Shown: positions 48,135 to 56,760 of the stretch, piece after piece
How the letters are laid out: each line of letters starts with the position of its first letter
Numbering within the stretch: position 1 is the first letter of the stretch
Assembly (NCBI GenBank): GCA_965223335.1
Contig: OZ244991.1
Span: 1,280,001 to 1,344,000, forward strand
DNA from: Thermodesulfobacteriota bacterium
Lineage (GTDB): Bacteria > Desulfobacterota_D > UBA1144 > Nemesobacterales > UBA2774
Direction of reading: 5' to 3'
Length of the DNA: 64,000 nt
Translations under genes and position numbers: made by a program
The notes under the pieces: generated by a model
What the model was told of the DNA's origin: nothing
What the model saw: only the letters and a program-made list of their open reading frames with translations
Databases searched by the model: none

Positions 48135-48242
48135 CAGTAATCCTGAGTTAAGAGCGTGGGGTTAAGCCCGGGGGCTTTAACCTCGTCATAAATATAATAC
48201 AACATTATATTATTTCTAACCCCTCATAAATGCTGAGCGGGT

Positions 48243-50396
48243 TTATCGGGGAGATATATATGCGGCCATAATTTTTTTGACCCCATACTCAGCAAACGAT
48301 ACGGTGACTTTTGCTTTGTCCCCGCTGCCGTCGATTTTGCGCACTACGCCCGGGCCGAATTTGGAATGTGTGATGTGTTGGCCCACACTAAAAGGCCCCG
48401 AGTCGGAGTTTAGTGCAGTGTGTGCGGTATAGGATTGCTTTTTGGGACTGCGGGTCGGTTTCTGTTTGTAGGACGTCCTGATACCCATGCCTTCGGGTTG
48501 TATTAGCTCAGGGGGTAGCTCTCTTAGAAACCTGGAAGGCAATGAGATCTGTTCACTGCCGAAAATCTTTCTTTTTGCGGCAAGGGTTAAGAATAGGCGC
48601 TTTTTAGCCCTGGTGATGGCTACGTAACAGAGCCTCCTCTCTTCTTCTATCTCTTTGTCGTCATTCTTAGACAGAGCGTGTGGGAAGAGATTTTCTTCAA
48701 GTCCCGTTATAAACACCACGGGGAACTCAAGCCCTTTTGCCGTGTGTATTGTCATAAGCGATACATTGCCCATTTCATCATCAGTTGGGGTTTCAATGCC
48801 GAGAGAGGTCCATCCGAGGAACTCGTCTAGGCCCGTAATACCCTCTTCTTTCTCAAACTCGACGGCTAGGTTAAGCAGCTCACCTATGTTATCGACTCTG
48901 TTCTCATCGTTTGCAATATAGTCCATGTAACCGGTCTTCTCGAGTATGAGGTTTAAGAGATCGTCTATGGTAGATGAGGGGACAGCTTGCTGAAGCTCGT
49001 TTATAAGCTTATGAAAACTCTCTAGTTTCTTTAGTGCACGTGTGGATAAAAGCCCCTGCTCTATTGAGTGTGATATCGAGCTAAACAACGAGATATCGTG
49101 CGCAGAAGCGAGGGTCTCTAACTTATTAATCGTAGTAGTGCCGATGCCCCTTCTGGGTGTGTTGATCACTCGTCTTAGGCTTATTTCATCGTCGGGGTTG
49201 GCTGCTAATTTTAGGTAGGACAAAACGTCTTTAATCTCAGCCCTTTGATAGAAACTGAGCCCTCCCACTATCTGGTATGGTATGCCGGTATTTAAAAACC
49301 GGTCCTCCAATGCGCGTGACTGGTTGTTGGTTCTGTAAAATACAGCGATATCCGAGTGGTCGTAGCCCTGGGTTTCAGTGAGCTCGGCTATTTTATCCCC
49401 TATGTATCGGGCCTCGTCGATCTCGTTGTGGGCGCTATATAGTGTAATAAGCTCGCCGGTTTCGTTCTCGGTCCAAAGGTTCTTTGGGTGTTTTGATTTA
49501 TTCCTTTCAATTAAGATATTGGCTGCGTTAAGGATGTTTTTAGTCGAGCGGTAGTTTTTTTCGAGTTTAATTATCCTTGAGTCGGGGAAGTCTTTGTTAA
49601 ACTCTAGAATATTGCCTATATCGGCGCCGCGCCACCCGTATATTGACTGGTTGTCGTCCCCTACGGCAAACACATTCCTATGTTCACGAGAGAGAAGGCT
49701 TACAATCCTGTACTGTATATGGTTTGTGTCTTGGTACTCGTCTACCAATATATGTCGGAACTCGTTTTGGTATTTGTTCAGTACCGCGGGTTTGGATTCG
49801 AATAGCGCTACGGTGAAGCTTAGCAGGTCGCTAAAATCGAATGAGTTGGAATTGCGAAGCTCTTGTTGGTAGCTCTCATAGATATTTTGTAGTCTCGTGT
49901 AATAAAAATCGGTGCCTAAATCTTGGGGGCCTCCACCTTTGTTCTTGATGCTGTTTATCTGAGCGACTACTGTTCTTGGTTCAAATATCTGATCACTGTA
50001 ATCTAATTCGGTAATGCACGATCGGATGATTTTTATCTGGTCTGACTCGTCAACGATAGCAAAGCCCTGTTTATAGCCATCGATCTCTTCTATCTCGTTT
50101 TTTAATATGCGAAGGCAGTTTGAATGAAAGGTCCCGATCCACACTTCCCAGGGCTTTATGTGCATCAGTTCCGAGAGCCTGTTTCTCATCTCGCGGGCCG
50201 CTTTATTGGTAAATGTGACCGCAAGAATGTTATTTATCGAATAGCCTTTTTCTTTGCACAGGTAGTGAATCCTCTCGGTGATTATCTTGGTTTTGCCCGA
50301 TCCCGCACCGGCAAGTACTAGGAGAGGTCCTCCATCATGACTAACGGCCTCTAACTGCTCTTTGTTTAATTCGCTTTTTGTCATGGGTTGTTTCAT
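48243..50396 (-). CDS. pcrA: SF1 DNA helicase PcrA/UvrD
   Basis: LAGAGSGKT, TFTNKAA, VDEYQDTN, VGDDNQSIYGWRGA, NYRST, HTAKGLEF, EEERRLCYVAITRA, C-terminal Tudor-like H.KFG.G. Confidence 0.95.
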   Translation of the reverse strand: MKQPMTKSELNKEQLEAVSHDGGPLLVLAGAGSGKTKIITERIHYLCKEKGYSINNILAVTFTNKAAREMRNRLSELMHIKPWEVWIGTFHSNCLRILKNEIEEIDGYKQGFAIVDESDQIKIIRSCITELDYSDQIFEPRTVVAQINSIKNKGGGPQDLGTDFYYTRLQNIYESYQQELRNSNSFDFSDLLSFTVALFESKPAVLNKYQNEFRHILVDEYQDTNHIQYRIVSLLSREHRNVFAVGDDNQSIYGWRGADIGNILEFNKDFPDSRIIKLEKNYRSTKNILNAANILIERNKSKHPKNLWTENETGELITLYSAHNEIDEARYIGDKIAELTETQGYDHSDIAVFYRTNNQSRALEDRFLNTGIPYQIVGGLSFYQRAEIKDVLSYLKLAANPDDEISLRRVINTPRRGIGTTTINKLETLASAHDISLFSSISHSIEQGLLSTRALKKLESFHKLINELQQAVPSSTIDDLLNLILEKTGYMDYIANDENRVDNIGELLNLAVEFEKEEGITGLDEFLGWTSLGIETPTDDEMGNVSLMTIHTAKGLEFPVVFITGLEENLFPHALSKNDDKEIEEERRLCYVAITRAKKRLFLTLAAKRKIFGSEQISLPSRFLRELPPELIQPEGMGIRTSYKQKPTRSPKKQSYTAHTALNSDSGPFSVGQHITHSKFGPGVVRKIDGSGDKAKVTVSFAEYGVKKIMAAYISPR

Positions 50397-50424
50397 GCCT
50401 CGTTCCCATTTTGTTCCTACCTCC

Positions 50425-50516
50425 AGTCGTCACACTACGACTCCTTATCGGCCCCCATGCTTCAATTTTATACCCTGTCGGTCGCGATAAAACTGCTCCC
50501 TTGCGGTCCCCATGGG
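50425..50516 (-). other. Structured non-coding element in the pcrA leader (nested stems)
   Basis: CCCATG 50454-59/CATGGG 50511-16 outer stem; 9-bp inner stem 50463-71/50487-95 with a G-U pair on the minus strand; AGTCGT-N6-ACGACT hairpin at 50425-42. Confidence 0.45.
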
Positions 50517-50621
50517 CGCTTACGTCCCTGTATACGGTAGTATTAAGTACAGATTATATGTTACGTGACACGGGGCTTAATACAAAGACAGGACAGTCAA
50601 CTCTAACCTGATTTTGGTGTG

Positions 50622-50693
50622 CTGGGGCGGGAGGACTCGAACCTCCACAGCAGGCTCCAAAGGCCTGAGTCCTGCCAATTAGACGACGCCCCA
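50622..50693 (-). tRNA. tRNA-Gln (anticodon UUG), CCA not encoded
   Basis: Minus strand TGGGGCG-TC-GTCTAATTGGCAGGAC-T-CAGGC-CTTTGGA-GCCTG-CTGT-GGAGG-TTCGAGT-CCTCC-CGCCCCA-G; conserved position after ispE. Confidence 0.97.
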
Positions 50694-50746
50694 GTAGATG
50701 TGTCTAGGATGCAAAACATGTTACCAAGAATATAGTCCTATGGCAA

Positions 50747-51631
50747 TCACACTACTATGTGCCACCCCTTTATCGAGTGTGCATAAAACACATCGAATGT
50801 GGGGCTGGTACGTAGGTAATCGTAGAGCTCTCGGGCTTCATTCTCATCTCTAAACACGGCGTATACCGCACTGCCGCTGCCGGTCATCAAAATGTTCGCG
50901 GCCCCAAGCGAGGTTAGAATATTTTTGAACGATTCTATCTCGGGATACTTTGTGATCGCAGGGGTTTCCAAGTCGTTGCGAAGGGGTAATTTACCGGTAT
51001 CTCGGCTGAATCCTTCTATTGTTTTATTTAGCTCCGGTGGAGGGTCTATAGTTCTATTACAGGTGGCGTGATCGGTGTCCCATGCGTCGTATATATCTTT
51101 GGTCGATACGTTTAAACGCGGGCACAACACTACGTAGTGCAGATTAGGAAACTCCCTTATGAGAGTGATCTTCTCACCAATTCCCTCGGCCAATGCGGTA
51201 TGGGAACGGATAAAGAAGGCTACATCGGCGCCAATTGTTGAAGATAGCTCAAACAGCGCGTCTTCGTCTAGTTTGTTTGTGAGCTTGTTTAGCCCGACCA
51301 GTACACAGGCAGCGTTGCTGCTCCCGCCCCCGAGACCAGATCCCATAGGGATTTTTTTGTTGAGTTTGATTTTGACACCTCTATCTATGCGTGCCTTGTT
51401 CCTATAAAGGTTTGCCGCTACTCTAGCGAGGTTTGACTCGTCCACCGGAACACTAAGACCCGATGATTCTATTGAGAGGGATGTGTCATCTGAGAGCTCT
51501 ATTGAGAGCTCATCATAGATGCTTATGGGCTGCATAATTGTGCGTAGCGTGTGGTAACCGCTAGGAAGCCTCGAGAGGATTTCTAGGTATAGATTTATCT
51601 TTGCCGGTGAGAGGAGTTTAATGCTGTCCAT
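50747..51631 (-). CDS. ispE: 4-diphosphocytidyl-2C-methyl-D-erythritol kinase
   Basis: PAKINLYL, GYH, IPMGSGLGGGSSNAA, GADV, NDLE, MTGSGS; start ATG 51631. Confidence 0.96.
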   Translation of the reverse strand: MDSIKLLSPAKINLYLEILSRLPSGYHTLRTIMQPISIYDELSIELSDDTSLSIESSGLSVPVDESNLARVAANLYRNKARIDRGVKIKLNKKIPMGSGLGGGSSNAACVLVGLNKLTNKLDEDALFELSSTIGADVAFFIRSHTALAEGIGEKITLIREFPNLHYVVLCPRLNVSTKDIYDAWDTDHATCNRTIDPPPELNKTIEGFSRDTGKLPLRNDLETPAITKYPEIESFKNILTSLGAANILMTGSGSAVYAVFRDENEARELYDYLRTSPTFDVFYAHSIKGWHIVV

Positions 51632-51809
51632 AGGGTGTCTAAATACAATACGCGATTTAAGGCCTATGTGAAAATGGTAAAGATAGAGAAATATGTAGAG
51701 CTCGAATCCTTTTGTGAGAGCTCGGTAAGCGTCAAGCACTATAAAATTGAAACTGGGAAGATTGCCCCGAGTATGATATCAAACCGGATTGTGTCCGGCG
51801 TATTAGTTG

Positions 51810-52427
51810 TCAGTCACAACCTGGAGATGTCCTGTTGGCATCGAAAACGCCTGCATCTCCCGGTGCAAGGTGGTTAACAGTACACCTTATAACGGCATCG
51901 GCGTAAACGGCAAAGTCCTTTCTTCCTGTCTTTAGGTAACTCAGCATAGATGCCTCCCACCCGAAATCACCGAATAGTGTAGTTTGATCGGTACCCAGGC
52001 TCTGGGTCCAGCTTATGCAGTAACCTGCTTTAGCATCGAGGCATATGGCTTGTGCAGCCGGGTTACCATCGTTTAGCACAGCGTTTTCAAATGTGTCGTC
52101 TATGAGGGAATCTTCTTCTACACAGCCCGGAGTGTTTTGGCCTGCATCAGCGGATGGACATCTTAGGCTTCCGCCTGTACCGAGATCTCCTATTCTGCTG
52201 GTGTAGTCAAAGAAACCGTCGTTATCGAGGTCCTGCTCAAAATACTCGGTCTCTGCATCACGCAGTACCTGCATTGCTTTACGTGCATTGGTTTCGTTTG
52301 CCGAGATTCTGGCTTTGGTAAGGATAGGTATTGCTATGGCCAATAATATACCAATAAGCAATGCTACTATGAGCATCTCTATAAGTGTAAAGCCGTGTTC
52401 GTTTGTTTTTGCCCTTTGCTTGATCAT
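51810..52427 (-). CDS. Type IV pilin / pseudopilin-like protein
   Basis: Class III signal peptide ...NEHG|FTLIEMLIVALLIGILLAIAIP, AR.SANE; start ATG 52427 with an AGGA SD. Confidence 0.88.
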   Translation of the reverse strand: MIKQRAKTNEHGFTLIEMLIVALLIGILLAIAIPILTKARISANETNARKAMQVLRDAETEYFEQDLDNDGFFDYTSRIGDLGTGGSLRCPSADAGQNTPGCVEEDSLIDDTFENAVLNDGNPAAQAICLDAKAGYCISWTQSLGTDQTTLFGDFGWEASMLSYLKTGRKDFAVYADAVIRCTVNHLAPGDAGVFDANRTSPGCD

Positions 52428-52604
52428 ATCTTTCCTCTCTCCACAAAATATAATCTTTACATTTAATTCAATTATCTCATCATATAGAAAAAATATCAAT
52501 TAGACTAAAGTCTAGTTCTAAAGATTAACAAAAGTATTAAATGATAAGCAATGATAAGCTGTAAGCTCTTCGATTATTAGATGATGTGAATTTATTGTTT
52601 TGGA

Positions 52605-53330
52605 TTATTCTTGAGAGAAATTGATAGTAAACTCTAATCCCCTAATCCTGCCTGTGGAGTCAATCAGTCTCTCGTTAGATCGGTTAATGGTAAAAATCAA
52701 TCTAAGGACCAGTTCTTCGTAATTATTACTGTTGGTGGGTTTTTTGAGTTTATATATATAGTTGTATATGTCGTTTTGCTCCCGGACGGTGGATTCGAAA
52801 GGTTTGCCCAGTGTGTTTAGTACATTAATCTTTGTAGGGATCTCGTATCCATCCTTCCCGGTGAAGTTTGAAGAGGCTTTTTTTCTTAGTTTGCTAACAT
52901 TGGCGTTACCCATAGACTCAAACATCTTCTTAAGCAGTGGGATGGACAGGTTTTCCAAAAAACGTTCGGGGAAGCTAATTTCAACCAGCTTTTGGTTTTG
53001 GATGAGCATTGTTACCGGAATGTCATAGTTCTCATTTTCTTCTTTTGTGTCTTGATACTGTTTTTCTAATACATACTGCCACAGTGTTCCGTCCGCTACC
53101 TGTTTAGTGGAGTTGGGTTCATTTTTCATTAACCACTCTATATCGTCTGATTGTAGTACGGGGTTTAGGAATATTAATGTAAGCCCGCGCTTGTCGGAAA
53201 TCTCAAAATTACCGCCGAAATCGTTTAGCTGATTTTTCACCTTAAGGAGCCTCACAAACACACAGCTTGTGACTGATAGGATTACTATTGTCATTACAAT
53301 CGGAATGATTCGTAACTTGCGAGCTCTCAT
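52605..53330 (-). CDS. Hypothetical lipoprotein
   Basis: Basic N-terminus, hydrophobic stretch and VTSC lipobox; 241-aa AT-rich ORF. Confidence 0.65.
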   Translation of the reverse strand: MRARKLRIIPIVMTIVILSVTSCVFVRLLKVKNQLNDFGGNFEISDKRGLTLIFLNPVLQSDDIEWLMKNEPNSTKQVADGTLWQYVLEKQYQDTKEENENYDIPVTMLIQNQKLVEISFPERFLENLSIPLLKKMFESMGNANVSKLRKKASSNFTGKDGYEIPTKINVLNTLGKPFESTVREQNDIYNYIYKLKKPTNSNNYEELVLRLIFTINRSNERLIDSTGRIRGLEFTINFSQE

Positions 53331-53417
53331 ATCGGGTATTGTTTGCTAATTATATTATAGTAATCCAAAGCTGCAATCTATCATAACGGATTACTTTTCG
53401 GATAATTATAGCTGATA

Positions 53418-53505
53418 CCAAAACGGCGGTACTTCTAGCACTAGAAGTACCGCCGTTCTCTTAAAGGAGGATGGAGGATGATATTAAGTAAGGCGATTAA
53501 ATTTG
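53418..53505 (-). ncRNA. Candidate small RNA with tandem anti-SD (CCUCC) motifs and intrinsic terminator
   Basis: Minus strand: TTGACT-N17-TAGTTT promoter-like sequence, then CATCCTCCATCCTCCTTT, then a perfect 17-bp hairpin ending in a T run. Confidence 0.45.
53422..53457. terminator. Perfect 17-bp inverted repeat (terminator-like)
   Basis: AACGGCGGTACTTCTAG-CA-CTAGAAGTACCGCCGTT. Confidence 0.75.
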
Positions 53506-53646
53506 TATATAAAACTAAAGTATTATACTTTAAAAGTCAAGGCAAATTTTTAAGCATATAACTTTTTCTATTGATCCCAGGGGGATACAAGTTTGGATTA
53601 GGCCTGTATAATATTGCCTGATCCCAGCGTGACTGTTTTTGCAGGT

Positions 53647-54228
53647 TTAAGGTTTCCAGGCTGAGTAGTTAATATTGTGTATTCTTTCCATAGACAAACT
53701 TACTGATTCTGATAGCTTCATACCGTATTCGGCTATCCATTCCGGGGGTGCGGTGGAATAGAAATACTCAAGAGTCATCCACTTGCCGCTCGAAACAATT
53801 CCGCCGTCTACGACCTCGACCAAAAATGCTGTCATGTCCCCGCCGTCCATCACATTTAATACCCTGCACTCTGCGAACGAATGAACATCGTCGAGCACGG
53901 GGCTACCGGTGATGCCGGTGCTGTATGTAATCTCCACAAACTTATCTCTGTTGCGGCCGGTGTAAAAACCAAAGTTTTTTACAAGGGGAATCTGGTCTTC
54001 TCTTAAAAGATGGACGGTAAAAGCCTTGCTGTTGATAATAAACTCGTGCGTGTAGTTACCCTTCCAAATGCCTACGAGCAGCCGAGGTATCTCGTGCACG
54101 ATAGAGGATGTTACCACTGTGACAGCAATCTGACCGTTTACCTTGCCGTCCCAAGCGCTTGTGATGGCAACGACCGGCGAGAGCGTCCAAAACGCTCCGG
54201 CTACTGATGATCCTTCTAGCAGACTCAT
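53647..54228 (-). CDS. Flavin reductase-like (flavoredoxin/FMN-binding split barrel) protein
   Basis: V.AITS...GKVNG, NYTHEFI..S..F.VH.L, FGF.TGR..DKF, TGSPVL...SFAECRV. Confidence 0.88.
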   Translation of the reverse strand: MSLLEGSSVAGAFWTLSPVVAITSAWDGKVNGQIAVTVVTSSIVHEIPRLLVGIWKGNYTHEFIINSKAFTVHLLREDQIPLVKNFGFYTGRNRDKFVEITYSTGITGSPVLDDVHSFAECRVLNVMDGGDMTAFLVEVVDGGIVSSGKWMTLEYFYSTAPPEWIAEYGMKLSESVSLSMERIHNINYSAWKP

Positions 54229-54272
54229 TTCAAGGTGTCCTAATCAATTAAGTCGATCGGGTTTGATTTTGT

Positions 54273-55055
54273 TTACCAGCGGAACCCGATTACGACCTGT
54301 TGTCCCAATAGGGGTGCGATATTTACTTTGTCTGTTTCCGGCACAATGATCTTCATGGGATTCACTATATAGCTCATACCTCTTAAAAACCCGCTGTTGC
54401 TGTTGCCGAGTATGTTGGATGTTTCTTCGAGCAGCATCCCTACGGGAACCCCTATGCCAGGTGTAATGATGAGATCCTGGACCGATGGGGATTGTATAAC
54501 ACCCTCGATTGTGTACTCAAAGAGCGTGCTTTGTACCACGGAGCCTAGTGTGGAGCTGAGCCTGTCGTAGCCCCTTGCCCTATAGTAAAGGTATACGGAA
54601 GCCCCAAACGCAGGGTGTGCGACCCAGTTGGTCTTTATACTATCCCCGTCCTTCCATTCGAAATCTCCCCTTTTTCGGTTCTTATTCTGGAATCCCAGTG
54701 TGTTTTTCCACCACCTTATGGGGTTGATGAGGTACTGCTTTTCTTTGTTGGTTATATCTAGCATATTTACCTGGACTATTCTAAATAGCCATACGGTGAA
54801 ATACACATTGCGGGATTCACGTAGGAAATCGGTAAAATCTGCGATGGATTTTGTGTTAGATAATTTATTAAATTTCAACTCGGGAATTTCGGTGCTGTGT
54901 GAGTCGATATATGTGGATCCGTATGCCGGGGCTAAGACCAAAGGGGTGTCTTCATCGAAGAGCTGGTCTGCATTTGATCCATAAAATGGTACTAAAATCA
55001 ATAGTAATAATAAAGGGATGGGTAAAATTAAAGGTTTTTCTAATAATCGTTTCAT
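54273..55055 (-). CDS. DUF3943-like exported/outer-membrane protein
   Basis: Signal peptide; WKDGD...NWVAHP.FGA..Y..YRARG, S.LFEY.IE...PS.QDLI.TP..G...G; C-terminal aromatic (GFRW). Confidence 0.7.
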   Translation of the reverse strand: MKRLLEKPLILPIPLLLLLILVPFYGSNADQLFDEDTPLVLAPAYGSTYIDSHSTEIPELKFNKLSNTKSIADFTDFLRESRNVYFTVWLFRIVQVNMLDITNKEKQYLINPIRWWKNTLGFQNKNRKRGDFEWKDGDSIKTNWVAHPAFGASVYLYYRARGYDRLSSTLGSVVQSTLFEYTIEGVIQSPSVQDLIITPGIGVPVGMLLEETSNILGNSNSGFLRGMSYIVNPMKIIVPETDKVNIAPLLGQQVVIGFRW

Positions 55056-55243
55056 ACTATACCTAATACTATAACATTATTGTCTGGCAATTTGTATGAG
55101 TATTATGAATTACCGAATAACTGTAATTGTTTCTGCATATTATGACGAATTTAAGCTCAATATGGTTGAAAAATCTCTTGACTTAATCTTCAAAATAATG
55201 TAATTATCTGTTGAGTACATCATTCGTGATTAGGAGGCAACAT

Positions 55244-55960
55244 ATGAGAAGGGCGAGTATGTCCTTGTTTGCTTTGCTGGGGATGTTTGCATTATTTTCA
55301 GTGTTGGTAGTTGGTTGTGGCTCGAATGTAGATAAAGAGATGGCAGATGCCGAAGCGGCTCTCGAATCCGCTCGAGAGGCCGGTGCCGAGGGCACTCCTG
55401 AGTACCAAGCCGCCGAAGAACTCATACAAAAAGCTAGGGATATGCTGGCAGCAGGAAACAAAGAGGCTGCCCGCCAATTACTCGAAGAGGCCAGGTTTAA
55501 GGCCATAGAGGCTAAAGGTAAGGCCCAGAGTGAGGCCTATGTTGAGTCCATTGACATAGAGGCCGAGGAACAGATGCTCTCCTCTTTATCCCCAAGCGGC
55601 TCTAATTACGGTCTGGTAGATATATTTTTCAACTACGATAAATCAAATGTTACACCTGATTCAAGGCCTGTTTTAGATGAGAATGCCAGGATAATCAGGG
55701 GCAATTCCGACAAGTTCCAAGTTGTTGTTATAGAGGGATATTGTGATACACGAGGGACAGAGGAGTATAATCTGGCTTTGGGGCAGCGCAGGGCGGAATC
55801 CACAAAATCATATTTAGTGGGAATCGGAGTACCCCCGTCGATGGTTCAGGCTGTGAGCCGCGGGGAAACAGACCAGTTTGCGGTCGGCACCTCAGAATAC
55901 GATTATGGGCAGAATCGCAGGTCGCACTTTGTACCTGCATTAAGTTCTCCGAGCTTTTAG
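55244..55960 (+). CDS. OmpA/Pal-family lipoprotein with N-terminal helical (DUF4398-like) domain
   Basis: SD AGGAGG, lipobox VVGC, A..ALE.A..AGA helix, IFFNYDKS, IEGYCDTRGTEEYNLALGQRRA, NRR. Confidence 0.88.
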   Translation: MRRASMSLFALLGMFALFSVLVVGCGSNVDKEMADAEAALESAREAGAEGTPEYQAAEELIQKARDMLAAGNKEAARQLLEEARFKAIEAKGKAQSEAYVESIDIEAEEQMLSSLSPSGSNYGLVDIFFNYDKSNVTPDSRPVLDENARIIRGNSDKFQVVVIEGYCDTRGTEEYNLALGQRRAESTKSYLVGIGVPPSMVQAVSRGETDQFAVGTSEYDYGQNRRSHFVPALSSPSF

Positions 55961-55970
55961 GTTATAATCT

Positions 55971-56711
55971 ATGAAGTTAAACGTATTAATAATATTTTGT
56001 ATGGGGTTAATTTTGATGTCTATGGGTTGTGTTGCCACACAAGATGATATGAGCGGCCTGTATGCCCGTCAAACTAGGCTAGAGGCTAAGACGGAACGGC
56101 TCTCAAAAGAGGTCCAGGCCCTTAAAAGAACCGAATCCACAGGCGGCACAAGCGATATAGAGCTTAGGGAAAAGATATTCCTTATGGAAGAGCAGATTGA
56201 AAAACTAAAGAGGTCAAATTCAAGGCTCGAGGCCAGGGTAAACAGCCTGAGCACAGGCGGTAGCGATGTGTCGTCGGGAGGCAGTCTTGGTGTAGAGGGT
56301 AAACCCGATGTCGAGGTAGACACGCGGGAAACCGAAGAATTAATGTTCGATGAAGGCTATACTTATCTGAGTGACGGCAAATATGAAGAGGCTAGGGAAC
56401 AGTTTAAAATGTTTATGCACAAGTACCCCAAGTCCCCAAAAGCCACCGACGCGCTTTACTGGACGGCAGACTCTTATTACAGGGAGGGTGAGTACGAAGA
56501 GTCGATACTGGAGTATCAGAGATTCATAGACACCTATCCAAGCGATAAAAGAGTGCCGCTTTCCTATTTGAAACAAGGTTTATCTTTGATTAATATAGGT
56601 AGGAACGAAGAGGCAAAGTTATTTCTGCAAACGTTGATAGACAAGTATCCTCAGTCTGAGGAAGCAAAAACAGCGAAAGAAAAGATTAGCAAACTTGCAG
56701 TAACGCGTTAA
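55971..56711 (+). CDS. cpoB: Tol-Pal associated TPR protein CpoB/YbgF
   Basis: Lipoprotein signal, coiled coil, TPRs with YPKS..A.DA.YW...YY and YLKQG; follows the pal-like gene. Confidence 0.88.
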   Translation: MKLNVLIIFCMGLILMSMGCVATQDDMSGLYARQTRLEAKTERLSKEVQALKRTESTGGTSDIELREKIFLMEEQIEKLKRSNSRLEARVNSLSTGGSDVSSGGSLGVEGKPDVEVDTRETEELMFDEGYTYLSDGKYEEAREQFKMFMHKYPKSPKATDALYWTADSYYREGEYEESILEYQRFIDTYPSDKRVPLSYLKQGLSLINIGRNEEAKLFLQTLIDKYPQSEEAKTAKEKISKLAVTR

Positions 56712-56760
56712 ACGTATTATTATTAGGTACTCAAAAAACACTTAAAGGAGGTGCAGTAGA

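Noticed and set aside
48157..48184. Imperfect hairpin GGGGTTAAGCCC...GGCTTTAACCTC between pcrA and the DUF2103-like gene
   Set aside because: Imperfect stem without a U-tail and no second copy noticed; not enough to call a terminator or REP.
50378..50611. 77-aa plus-strand ORF over the pcrA leader
   Set aside because: No SD or recognisable motif, and it overlaps the pcrA start; the region is better explained as structured non-coding DNA.
50622..55055. tRNA-anchored genomic island
   Set aside because: No integrase and no duplicated tRNA 3' end were found, and the accessory genes lie on the 5' side of the tRNA beyond ispE.
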